Shown here: positions 35,460 through 46,724 of the stretch, piece by piece
How the letters are laid out: each line of letters opens with the position of its first letter
Position numbering within the stretch: position 1 is the first letter of the stretch
Assembly: GCF_036321535.1 (NCBI RefSeq)
Contig: NC_087440.1
Location: 32,178,001-32,242,000 of the forward strand
Length of the DNA stretch: 64,000 nucleotides
Direction of reading: 5' to 3'
Origin: Camelus dromedarius
Taxonomy: Eukaryota
Program-made: the position numbers and the translations under genes
Notes under the pieces: generated by a model
Database searches by the model: none
Seen by the model: the letters and a program-made list of their open reading frames with translations, nothing else
What the model was told of the DNA's origin: nothing

Positions 35460-36520
35460 GCTCCAGTTGCTGCTAGATCGCCGGTCTTCCCTTTCGCCGC
35501 CTGGGCTTTCGCTTTCACTCACCACGTCCAGGCCCGCCCCCCTCAACCCCGCCCCCTTCCTTCTTTTCCCCCTCCCCCTGACAGTCTGCAAACCGTTGGG
35601 AGCCCCTCAGCCATTCTCGGCCTATGTGACTAAGAGAGGCGGTGCTGACTCGGTCACAAGCCCAGGGGCTGTCCGGGGGAGGGGCTAGGATAAGTGGGAC
35701 CGCTTAGACTGAACAGGGGCTGCCCCTTGGGGAAGAGGCGGGGCTTACAGGGAGGGGCGAGGACCGTCCAGGGGATGTCGAGGGTTGGGGTGAGAGGGGT
35801 GGGAGAATGGGAAGGGGGTTGTTCAGTGGTGGGCCCCCCCTGGAAGGCTCATTTGCTGTGAGAGAGCAGAGAAGGATCAGAGTGGAAGAAGTAGTAGGAG
35901 GGAGAAGGGATAGTAGGATGTGGAAGGGAGCTGGCGCGGGGGTTTCCTCCCGGAGGGATCCCTGCCTTCAAGACCGACTGGAGAAGAGCCTTGAGTGGGG
36001 CTCAAGCCGGCGAGAGTTGAGTCCCCGGCTGAGAGGGATTTCCCCAGTGGGGTTCGGGTAGAGGAGGGCTTTGAGGTAAATTTAAAAAACCCCACACCTG
36101 GGGCTATCCGTAAAGAGGTGGAATCAGCCTGGACGAAGGAGGGGAAAAGAGCTAGAACAGAGCGTAAAGCCTAGATACTCTGGGGGAGGAGCCAGAGGCT
36201 ATCTACCCTTCTCATTGGCTGGGACCCTCCTGACCACGCCCCTACCTTCTTGACCCCACCCTTCTTTAAGCTTAACCCCCTCCTTTTCCGCTGAAACTGG
36301 GTCGCAATCCCGCCCTCTTTCCTATTACTTCCTGTTCCCGCTAACCTTGGCGTGGGGCCCGGGGCCGTAGAGTGACAGTGGCTTGAGTGACCTGGGTCGT
36401 CCGCGACAACCGAGTCGGGTTGCGAAGCCAGACCCCAGCGCTCGGGGCGACGCTTGGGCCGCGCACAGACTGCGCGGGGTCCCAGCGGGCAGTGGGCTGG
36501 GGCTGACTCCTGTCTCAGGA
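35460..36520. promoter_or_regulatory. Divergent (head-to-head) PSME2/RNF31 promoter with ISRE and NF-kB sites
   Basis: The two ATGs are 1064 nt apart and face away from each other. ISRE GCTTTCGCTTTCACT 35505-35519; kappaB-consensus GGGGGTTTCC 35938-35947 and GGGATTTCCC 36035-36044; GC boxes. Confidence 0.85.
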
Positions 36521-39500
36521 TGCCGGGGGAGGAGGAGGAGCGGGCCTTCCTGGCAGCCCGCGAGGAGTTGGCGAGCGCCTTGAGAAGGGATTCCGGGCAG
36601 ACGTTTTCGCTAGAGCAGCTCCGGCCTCTACTGGTCACCTCTCTGCCGCCAGCAGCCCGCTACATGCAGCTGGACGCTGCACGCCTGGTCCGCTGCAACG
36701 CTCATAGGGAGGTGAGGCCTGCTCGGGAGGGGGCAGAGGACCTGAGGCCAGGCCGGGGCTCACAGTTCTCTCTGTTCTCTGACTGCTTCCAGCCCCAAAA
36801 CTACCTCAACATCCTCTCCACGGCCCTGAACATCCTGGAGAAATACGGCCGCAACCTCCTCAGCCCTCAGCGGCCCCGGTACTGGCGCGGGGTTAAGTTT
36901 AATAACCCTGTTTTTCGCAGTACAGTGGATTCTGTGCAGGTGAAGCCCCTGGGCCCCTTATGGCAGAAGGGGACTTAGCCTGGGATAGGGGTTGGCTAGA
37001 AAGGGCCGGAGGCTGTGCTGAATCGGGAGGGGTCAAGCCCTATTGAGAAGGGGGCCCACTTCGGTGACTGGTTTGAATGTGTGGCAGGGGGGCCGGGATG
37101 TTCTGCGATTATATGGCTACACAGAGGAGCAGCCAGATGGGTTGAGCTTCCCTGAGGGGCAGGAGGAGCCAGATGAGCACCAGGTCGCTGCAGTCACACT
37201 GGAAGTACTGCTGCTTCGGACAGAGCTCAGCCTGCTCTTACAGGTGAGGTACTTCTAGTTTTGAGGACTTAAGCACCAGGGCTGGGGAGCCCAGCCTAAT
37301 AACAAAGCCAGTCTGGGGACCCCCATGCTGCCAAACCATGGGCTTAGTCCCGACAGTAACTTGGGAACTCCTTGTACTTTTCTCCCTGAGAATGTTGGGG
37401 GACCAGGGCTTTGAAGGAGGGCTTTGTTCTAGGGCTCTAAGTGGGGACTCTTGTTTGCAGAATATTCATCCAAAACCACAAGCACTGGAGCAGCTGCTGA
37501 AAGACAAGGTTGAAGATGATGTAAGAAAGGCAGGGATGGGGCTCGGCTCAAGGGACTGGTGAACAAAGGGGACAGGTGGGCCTGTGTCCGCAAGCCCTTG
37601 CTTAGTCCCTGCCCTTTATCCTCAGACACTGCAGCTCTCAGAGTTTGCCCCCTTACTGAGAGAGATTGCTCCTGGCCACCTCACCATACCCTCTGTCCAA
37701 GGTATTATTGGCCTGTAATGGGGGGAGGAGGTACTAGTAGATTATTTGATGGACATGTCCTCTATCTTCTTGGTTATCTTCCTTTCTTTTTAAAAAGAGA
37801 TTAAAAGTGTTTCCTTGGGTTGAAAAGATATGCTGGAAAGTAATCTGTGATTTGGCCCCCGACACAGCAGATTCAGATGTAACCTGATCTTTTTCAGAAA
37901 GATGTTCTATTCTTCCTCTCCTGCTCTCCAGGCCCCACTCCTGGTCCCTGCTTCCTCTGTGGTTCTGCCCCAGGCACACTGCACTGCTCAGCCTGTAAAC
38001 AGGCCTTGTGCCCAACCTGTGATCGCCTGTTCCATGGACACCCAGACCGTGCCCACCACCTCCGCCAGACTCTGCCTGGGGTCCCCCAGGTCACCCACCT
38101 GACTCCCAGGTGAGAGGCCTTCTTTTCTAGGTGAGAGCAAAATTGAGAGAACTTAATATTGCTTAACGATCTATTGTGTGCTGGATTCTGTGCTGAAAAC
38201 GTTTCATAGAGGGCAAGCAGCCAGTTACTGCCCTCCGTGACATCATAGACATATGTATCAAGCAAGTAGCAATCACAGCAAGATAGATTATTATGGTGTG
38301 CAAATAGATAGTAGGAGGATGCAACCTAGTCAGAAGGATCAGCTCAATTATCAGTATTTTAAGCATCTGTTAGGGATATTTACCAGCCAGATATGAACTT
38401 GAAGCTGTCATGTTAATGTCGAACAGGCTCTGGGTATGGGAGTCTTCTAGACAGAACAACATGTGCAAAGGCCAGAGCTATATGTTGTCATGCAGGGAAT
38501 GAGGGAAGGGACCCACGCACCAGGGACAGGGGCCCCCCTCAGCAGGCCATGTCTGGTTTTCTGTTACAGCTTACCTGCCTCAGCTCCGCCACGGCCTCAG
38601 TCAGCCTCCCTCCTGGCCCTGGGAGACAGCTCTCTTTCTTCCCCTGATCCTGCAAGTGCCCATCTGCCCTGGCACTGTTCCTCCTGTGCCATGCTAAATG
38701 AACCTGGGGCAGTACTCTGTGTGGCCTGTGATCGGCCCCGAGGCTGTAAGGGGTTGGGACTGGGGATCGAGGGTCCCCGAGGAGCTGGGGGCCTAGAACC
38801 TGAGCTTGCCCGGGGTCACTGGGCCTGCCAGAGCTGCACCTTTGAAAATGAGGCGGCAGCTGTGCTGTGTGCCATATGTGAGCGACCTCGGCTGGCTCAG
38901 CCTCCTAGCTTGGTGGTGGATTCTCAGGATGCTGGTATTTGCCTGCAGCCCCTTCAGGTAACCTGTTCCTGGCCTTCCCAGCTCTTTATTTGCACTCGCT
39001 GCAACAAGTCATTCTCTACTTCCTCATCCCGTTTTCCTTCAGTCCCCTGATATCTTCGCCCCAGCTTCCTATATTTCCATCTTGAGCCTCAGCCAGCCTT
39101 CAGTGGGATAATTCTTTCTGCCTTCCCAGCAGGGGGATACTTTGCTCTCTTCTGCCCAGACTCCAGTGTGGTACTGTATTCACTGTACCTTCTGCAACTC
39201 GGGCCCTGGCTGGGTGTGTGCTATGTGCAACCGGACCAGCAGCCCCATCCCAGCACAGCACACCCCCCGGCCCCATGCCAGCTCTTTGGAAGAGCGACTC
39301 CCCGAACCAGGGCCTCCACGACGCTTCAGTGGCCCTCTGCCCAGTTCCTGTGGGGACCCTGAGAAGCAGCGCCAAGACAAGATGCGGGAGGAAGGTCTCC
39401 AGCTAGTGATCAAGATCCGGGTGAGGATTTGGGCCTGGCACAAGCTGGGGGTGGGGTGGAGAGGCTGCACTTGGTTGAAACAAGTTCTCATGAAACCTGT

Positions 39501-42500
39501 CATTGTTAGCAGTAGCTGCCTCTTATTGAATACTTCTCCCATGACAGGTGTCCTGCTGGGCACTGCTCACATGATCCATAGTCTGAGCTCAAGCACTGTA
39601 AGCATTTTGGTTCGGGCTGAGGCTGGGTGGAAGGTGCCCTTCCTGATGAGCCCTCTGGGTGGGACTGTGCCTTAGGAAGGGGAAGCTGGAGGCGCCAGTC
39701 CAGAGGAGGTCTTCTCGGCTCTGCAGTACTCAGGCACTGAGGTGCCCCTACAGTGGCTGCGTTCAGAGCTGCCCTATGTGCTGGAGATGGTGGCTGACCT
39801 GGCTGGACAGCAAGACCCAGAGCTGGGTGCCTTTTCCTGTCAGGAGGCCCGGAAAGCCTGGCTGGACCGTCACGGCAATCTTGATGAAGCCGTGGAAGAG
39901 TGTGTGAGGGCCCGGAGGAGGAAGGTAGTAGCAGCTGTCCTGGAGGTGGGGCATGGTTGAGGGTTGTGGATTTCAGAGCTTCTCACACACTTGCTTTTTC
40001 CCTCTTCACTCCTCCTCGCCATTCCCGACTCACAGGTGCAGGAGCTCCAGTCCCTGGGCTTTGGGCCTGAGGAGGGGTCTCTTCAAGCTTTGTTCCAACA
40101 CGGGGGTGACGTGGCCCGGGCCCTGACTGAGCTACAGCGCCAGCGCCTAGAACCTTTCCATCAGCGCCTCTGGGACAGTGGCCCTGAGCCCGCCCCTTCC
40201 TGGGATGGGCCAGATAAGCAGGTGCTGGTAGGAGGTGAAGAGCCCACTTAGTGGGGCAGAGGGCAGGCCGATGGGTAGGATCCCTGGGGTCTGACAGCCA
40301 TTTCTTCCCTCGCCACCTGAATCACGTTGCAGAGCCTGATCCGACGGCTTTTGGCAGTGCATGCCCTCCCTAGCTGGGGCCGGGCAGAGCTGGCGCTGTC
40401 GCTGCTGCAGGAGACACCTAGGAACTATGAATTGGGGGATGTGGTAGAAGCTGTGAGACAGAGCCAGGACCGGGCCTTCCTGCGCCGCTTACTCGCCCAG
40501 GAGTGTGCCGTGTGCAGCTGGGCCCTGCCCCGCAACCGGGTAAGCCCTCCCCACTGCCCCTGGCCTTAGAATTGCTCTGTTCCCTTTGGATCCCCACCCT
40601 ACCCCAGCCCCCACCTCTGGTCTTGTCTTTTGCTCTGTAGTTGCCCACTTCCCCCTGAAGGCTTCTGGGAAGGGAAGGGCAGGAATAGGCTACTTTCCTC
40701 TCTCTCTTTTTTTTTTTAATGTTCTATCATGGGAATTTCAAATATGCAATAGTAGAGAAAACTGTGTGACAGATTCCCTCCTTGGTGGGGTAGGAGATAG
40801 CTTAGTGATAGAGTGCATGCTTAGTATGCATGATGTCCTGGGTTCATTCCCCAGTACCTCCATTTAAATAAGTAAGTAAATAAATAAATCCCAATTACCT
40901 ACCTACCTCCAAAAAAAAAAAAAAAAAGAAAACAACAAAACAAATTCCCTCCTCCACACTCCCCCCAAGCCCCACCACCATGGATTCAACCAATTATCAA
41001 TTGTATGGCCAAGCTTTATTTCACCTACATACACAGAGGACTATTTTGAAGCAAATCTCAGACATCAGACAGTTTATCTGTAGTATTTCAGTATGTATCT
41101 GTATAAGATAAAACTCTTTGAAAATATAGCCACAAATACCATTGTCACACCAAAAAAGATTAACAGTTATTCTTTAATATCATCATCAAATACTCAGTTG
41201 GTAGGAATAGGCCCCTCTTATCTCCTAATCCCCTACTTACCCTAGGTCAGAATTGGCAGTTCTTGGGCCAAATACAGCCCAATTTAGTTAGAGTAGCTCT
41301 GTATGTTTTTTGTTTTTACTCTTTATTTGAAAATAATTGTAGATTCATAAGAAGTTGTAAAAATAGTAGAGTCCTGTACCTTTCACCCACCTTCTCCCAA
41401 TGGTGACATCTTATATAACCGTAGTGCAATATTAAGGCCAAGAAATAGACATTGATACAATGTCAGCTTGTTGCAGACCTTGTTCATTTTGTGCATGAAC
41501 GTGTATGTGTGTAGTTCTATGCAATTTTTCCCCATGTATAGATTCATGTAAGCACAATTTTTCCCCATGTATAGATTCATGTAAGCACCACCACAGTCAA
41601 GATACCACAAGGGAACCCCCTGGTGCCACTGCTTTATAGTTGCAACCTTCTTCCCTTCCTCCTGTCACATAGCAACCGCTAGTCCATTCTCCATCTCTGT
41701 AGTTTTGTCATTTCAGGCATGTTGTTTGTGCTTTTGCTTTTAATTAAATGTGGATGGCCTTAGAGGGCGTTCTTCCATTTACCTTAGGTCTCACTATTGT
41801 CTGGTTTTTTCCATCTGACGGTCTTCAAACATTTAGGTTGCCTGCCTGGCACTTGTTGGCATTTGAGGTTGCTATTCCTGCCCCATTGTTAATTAGACCC
41901 TGGTTTCTCAGCAGACACCGGCTACTGCCCCTTCCCCAGCGGCAGTTATAGCTTCTGACTCCCCGCTCCCCTCCACCAGATGCAGGCCCTGACCTCCTGT
42001 GAGTGCACCATCTGTCCCGACTGCTTCCGCCAGCACTTCACCATCGCCTTGAAGGAGAAGCACATCACAGACATGGTGTGCCCTGCCTGTGGCCGCCCTG
42101 ACCTCACTGATGACACGCAGTTACTCAGCTACTTCTCCACCCTTGACATCCAGGTACTGCAGTCCCTAGGACTCAGGGTGACCTGGGCTTTGAACAGGAA
42201 CCTTGCCCACCCACCCTTTCTGCAACGTGTCCCCAGCTTCGAGAGAGCCTAGAGCCAGATGCCTATGCACTGTTCCACAAGAAGCTGACCGAAGGTGTGC
42301 TCATGCGGGACCCCAAGTTCTTGTGGTGTGCCCGGGTAAGTGGCCTACCCGGCGGGGCTGACCACAGGGGTAGGGAGTGGTGCCTGGTCAGGCCTCAGAC
42401 AGCTTTATGCTCCTGCACCCACAGTGCTCCTTTGGCTTCATATATGAGCGTGAGCAGCTGGAGGCAACATGTCCCCAGTGTCACCAGACCTTCTGCGTGC

Positions 42501-45500
42501 GCTGTAAGCGCCAGGTGAGGCACATCCATCCTTTCGGAAACACCTGCTGAGCCCTTGGCAGGTACTGTGTTAGAGTTGGGGTTTGCTGGAGAACAGAACA
42601 GATGCATGCTGTGGGCTCTAGAGCTTACAGACTAGTCAGGGAGGGAGGGAGGGGGAAGGAGGAGGGAAGAGAGGAAGAGGGAATGGAGGGAGGGAGGGAG
42701 GGAGGGAGGGAGACCGAGCATAATTAGACCGAGCCATAAATTCTATGAAGAAAACAAATAGGAAACTGAAGTTAGGAGTCACAGAATGGACCTACCTAGT
42801 GCATAGAATAGAGAGGTCAGGTAAGTCTTCTATAAAACGGTTTGGTTTAAGCTCAAGCCTGAAAGTTAAGAAGAAGCCAACTATGCAGAGAGTATTTGGG
42901 ACAGAAAGAACAAGACATGGAAAGGCCAAAGTCAGGAAAAAAGCCTTGTGTGGCTGGAGCCTCGAGAGCCAGGGTGAGAGTGGCAGGCGGTGGGAAAGGA
43001 GCTAGCTGCCAGATCAGGAGAGGCCTTGAGGCCAAACAAGGAAGGGATTGGCCTTTCACTCTAAGACTAAGCAAAGGGTGAACGCTCTCATTTACTTTTT
43101 AAAAAGTTCAGCATTTGATACCAAAAAGGTTGCATCTGTCTTGTGAAACACAATACTAAAATGGGCAGCTGAGACCTTACCACCAAACCTCCAAGCTAGA
43201 ACACTCCCAGGGCCTTTCAGGCTGCTTGATATACACGTTCAGAGGCACACTGGCTGCAAGGTGGCGGCTGGACCATAGGGGAGCAGGAGTGGAGGCACAG
43301 AGACTAGAAGTTGAGGCGAGTAACCAAGGCGAGCCCTGGCCTGGCCCAGAGTGAGGTGATCACAGTAGAGGTGAAGAAAAGGGTTGAGCTTGGCTTGGGT
43401 GGTGGAAATGGAGACTTGCTGCTGATTTGTGTGGTGTGAGGAGAGGAGAGAAAGGCTGGCCCCTCAGTTTGGGATTCGAGCAAATGGTGGATGGCAGTGC
43501 TGTAAACTAAGCCAGGGACCACTGCCCCTGAGAGGAGGGGCCAGCAAGAAGTGCCTGGGATGGGGCTTTCATAAGAAGCTTGCTTCCTTCTGGCAGTGGG
43601 AGGAGCAGCACCGAGGCCGGAGCTGTGAAGATTTCCAGAACTGGAAACGCACCAATGACCCAGAATACCAGGCCCAGGGTCTGGCCATGTACCTTCAGGA
43701 AAATGGCATAGGTAAGATTCTGTTTGCCCAGTAATCTCTCATTGCCAGCGGCTCTCTTCCTGAGGGCCTGAGGAGCAGTGGCAGCCCTGGCCCTGACCTT
43801 CTGTCCCTTGCAGACTGCCCCAAGTGCAAGTTCTCGTATGCACTGGCCCGAGGAGGCTGCATGCACTTTCACTGCACCCAGTGTCGCCACCAGTTCTGCA
43901 GTGGCTGCTACAACGCCTTTTATGCCAAGAATGTGAGCCCAGAGACCAGGGATGGGAGGTATAGCAGGGTGGGGACCGCTGTCTGGTGTGGGGGCAGAGG
44001 CCATTGAGGAACAGCCCAGAGGGAGAGAACAGTGTTGGGTAAAGCACCTCTCTCTGTCCCCTCTCCCCTTCGGCTTGCTCCAGACCCTCCAATGTCTCCA
44101 TCTCCCCCCTAAATGCCTCACGCAGGGGTTCCTGAGAGACCAGGACCCCAATATTTTCCAACTAACTGCCGCTCTCCCATCTGGGTTTCCACCAGAAATG
44201 TCCAGACCCCAACTGCAGGGTGAAGAAGTCCCTGCACGGCCACCACCCCCGAGACTGTCTCTTCTACCTGAGGGATTGGTCTGCTCTCCGGCTCCAGAAG
44301 CTGCTGCAGGTCGTGGGTTTGCAAATTGCCCAGGAGAGGAGGCAGGGTGCAGGGTGGCAAGAAGGGAAAGGCCGGATGCTGGGGAAAACCAGCCGGCTGG
44401 CATCAGGGGAACCTAATGCCCATCCTTCTGCCCTCCTCAGGACAATAACGTCATGTTCAACACAGAGCCCCCAGCGGGGGCGCGGGCAGTACCTGGAGGT
44501 GAGTGTCGGGGCAGGCCTCGGAGAAGGCAAGAGGGTGGGCTAGGCTCCCTCTGTGTGGTGGGTGAAGGGGAGGCTTGGGTCTAGAGTTGGACCAGGGCTC
44601 AGAGCCCATCCTGTGCTGGCTTGTGCCCTTCAGCAAGTCAGCCTCCCCAGGCTTGTTTCTTCCTCTGTAAAGCCAGGGTCATATCTACCTTGCAGCCGTG
44701 TTATTTTATATAAAGCCACAGTAAAGCACCTGGCACCTCAGTGCTAATTTTACTTTCCTATTTCCAAAGGATAATCATTTATTAGTTAACTCAGTGACTA
44801 CTTGATGAGACTTGCTAGTTACACTGTTTTAGGTTCCATGAGGGCAGCAGAAAGGTATTATATATGATTCTAAGCTAGCCCACTTCTTACCATCTACATA
44901 GATTAAGACCTTCACAGAATGAGTTAACCTTACAAGAGCTAAATCACAACCAAGAGAGCTGTCTCAAGGGAATATGTGATTATGGGCCAAAAGTTAGCTT
45001 GGCTAAAAACAGGGACAGCAAGGTCCCTGCTTCTGTATCAGGAGGGGTCTGCATGATAGCATATCTCTTCCCCACTCCATTCATCACTGTTAGAGCAGGG
45101 GCTTCTGTCCTCAGTTCCCTCTCTGAAGACTGCTCTGCCTGCCTCCATCTATATCCCAGCTTTCCTGGGGCTTTGTGGTCAGTGGCCCCTTCCTGACAAA
45201 GGGTCCTTTCCTTCCCTTATCGCTAGGTGGCTGCCGAGTGATGGAGCAGAAGGAGGTTCCCAACGGGTTCCGGGATGAAGCCTGTGGCAAGGAGACTCCA
45301 GCTGGTTATGCCGGCCTCTGCCAGTGAGTGCCAGGCAGGGAGTGGAGCATGGTGTTGGGGAGGCCAGGAGCACTGGGGGTACACCCAGGCAAAAAGGTGG
45401 GTCTCTGGGAGCAGTAGGTCCTGCGAGGATTGGGGGGGGGGCCCTCTAGGCCAAGGCTTGGAAAGGTAGTAGCAGGCAGAGTGCACAGGTTGGCAGGTGC

Positions 45501-45964
45501 CTGCAAGAACATCAGGTGAGGGGTGTCCGTCTTGTTCATCCAAGTATGCTAGTGCCCAGCACAGTGCTGGGCACACTCAGTTAATATCAGCTGAACAGAA
45601 GAACAAATATTTCACCCACTCCTCTCCCTAGGGCACACTACAAAGAGTATCTTGTAAGCCTCATCAATGCCCACTCACTGGACCCAGCCACCCTGTATGA
45701 GGTGGAGGAGCTGGAGACAGCTGCCGAGCGCTACCTGCATGTGCGCCCACAGCCGCTGGCGGGGGAGGATGCCCCCACCTACCACGCCCGCTTGTTACAG
45801 GTAAAGCCTTCCCCAGCCTCACCTCTGACCCCACACTGTGGAAGTCCCTTGTTCAGCCTGTGTCTGAGCCCCAGGCTTCCAGTATCATTATCTTCTCTCT
45901 CATTCTGCAGAAGCTGAAAGAAGAGGTGCCCTTGGGACAGAGTATCCCCCGCAGGAGGAAGTAG
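36520..45964 (+). CDS. RNF31: E3 ubiquitin ligase RNF31/HOIP (LUBAC catalytic subunit), 1072 aa, 21 exons
   Basis: Exons 36520-36711, 36793-36939, 37088-37243, 37461-37520, 37626-37701, 37932-38109, 38570-38957, 39130-39420, 39676-39924, 40036-40221, 40333-40539, 41980-42153, 42237-42335, 42425-42514, 43597-43711, 43814-43932, 44196-44309, 44441-44498, 45227-45323, 45632-45800, 45911-45964; 3219 nt. PUB, ZF/NZF, UBA, RING1-IBR-RING2 with catalytic RGGCMHFHC, and LDD. AATAAA at 46028-46033. Confidence 0.98.
40783..40940 (+). mobile_element. Vic-1-like SINE inserted into an older L1 (RNF31 intron 11)
   Basis: tRNA-like head, (TAAA)n, AATTACCT and poly(A). TSD CA(G/A)ATTCCCTCCT at 40770-40782 and 40941-40953. 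Confidence 0.9.
41522..41587 (+). repeat. Perfect 33-bp tandem duplication
   Basis: CAATTTTTCCCCATGTATAGATTCATGTAAGCA x2. Confidence 0.95.
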
Positions 45965-46569
45965 CTGAGGGCGGGGGTCCCAGTGAGGGTCCCGTGCTCT
46001 GACTCCCTCAGGAACAGCTCCTGCACCAATAAAGAGGCATTTCCTTGCCCAGGCTTCTTGGTGGTCCTTCTTCCTTCCTGATCCCACTGAGGGCACCAGG
46101 GAAAGAGCGGGGTAAACAGAGCTTTGCTGAAAGGGCCCCATGTAGCCCACCACCTGACCGTCCCTAGACTCAGGCCAGGAAGGAATTGACACTGTGGATG
46201 GCCAACATAGGATGGCCCCATAGAGCCACCTGGCCTGGGCTTTTTCCTTCCCTACCTCTCTTATTTTTTTCATTGAATTCAGCTATTTGGGGTCACTTAG
46301 CTAGGTAACAAGCAGGCACTGTAGGGGAACACAGATGCACATGTGGTACAGAGCTATCCAGAGACCACAGGCCAGACTGCAGGACACTGTGGCCTCCCTG
46401 GGGAAGCAGCAATGTTATAGAGATGGTTGGATACTAGCAAGGAGTATCTTTAGGGAGGAAGGGGAATGATCCTGAGGTAGGAGGGGCCCTCCAGACTGAC
46501 AGCAGGTTTCCAACAGTAAGATTCTCAGATGCTGCTTCCCTCTGGTGGCAGCCAGTTGTCTTGCAACTC

Positions 46570-46724
46570 AGAGACCACGTGATTTCGGGGAAAAGGACCT
46601 CCCTGGAAGAGAACTGAAACTTAGGGTGGGGACTGTAGAAAGGGGCGGAGAGATCCGGAAGCTGACTTGCCAGGAGTTGAGCTGAGGTTGGCTGAGCCGT
46701 GGGACAGCCTGCACAGAGGTTCAG
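46570..46724 (+). promoter_or_regulatory. IRF9 core promoter and non-coding exon 1 (E-box, GAS, ISRE/GATE-like, GC box, ETS)
   Basis: CACGTG 46576-46581; TTCGGGGAA 46584-46592; CCCTGGAAGAGAACTGAAACTTAGGG 46601-46626; GGGGCGG 46641-46647; CCGGAAG 46654-46660; donor CAG|GTAAGA after 46724; acceptor CAG|G-ATG at 47457. Confidence 0.85.

Larger units (their letters stand above)
40710..41730 (-). mobile_element. Two L1MB-type 3' end fragments in RNF31 intron 11
   Basis: Motifs GGACTATTTTGAAGCAAATC...AATACCATTGTCACACC and TTTGAAAATAATTGTAGATTCATAAGAAGTTG are L1MB 3' ends. Confidence 0.65.

Noticed and set aside
43507-44403. 298-aa minus-strand ORF
   Set aside because: Antisense to GC-rich RNF31 exons 15-17 and their introns; low-complexity P/G/S/A composition; no recognisable domain.
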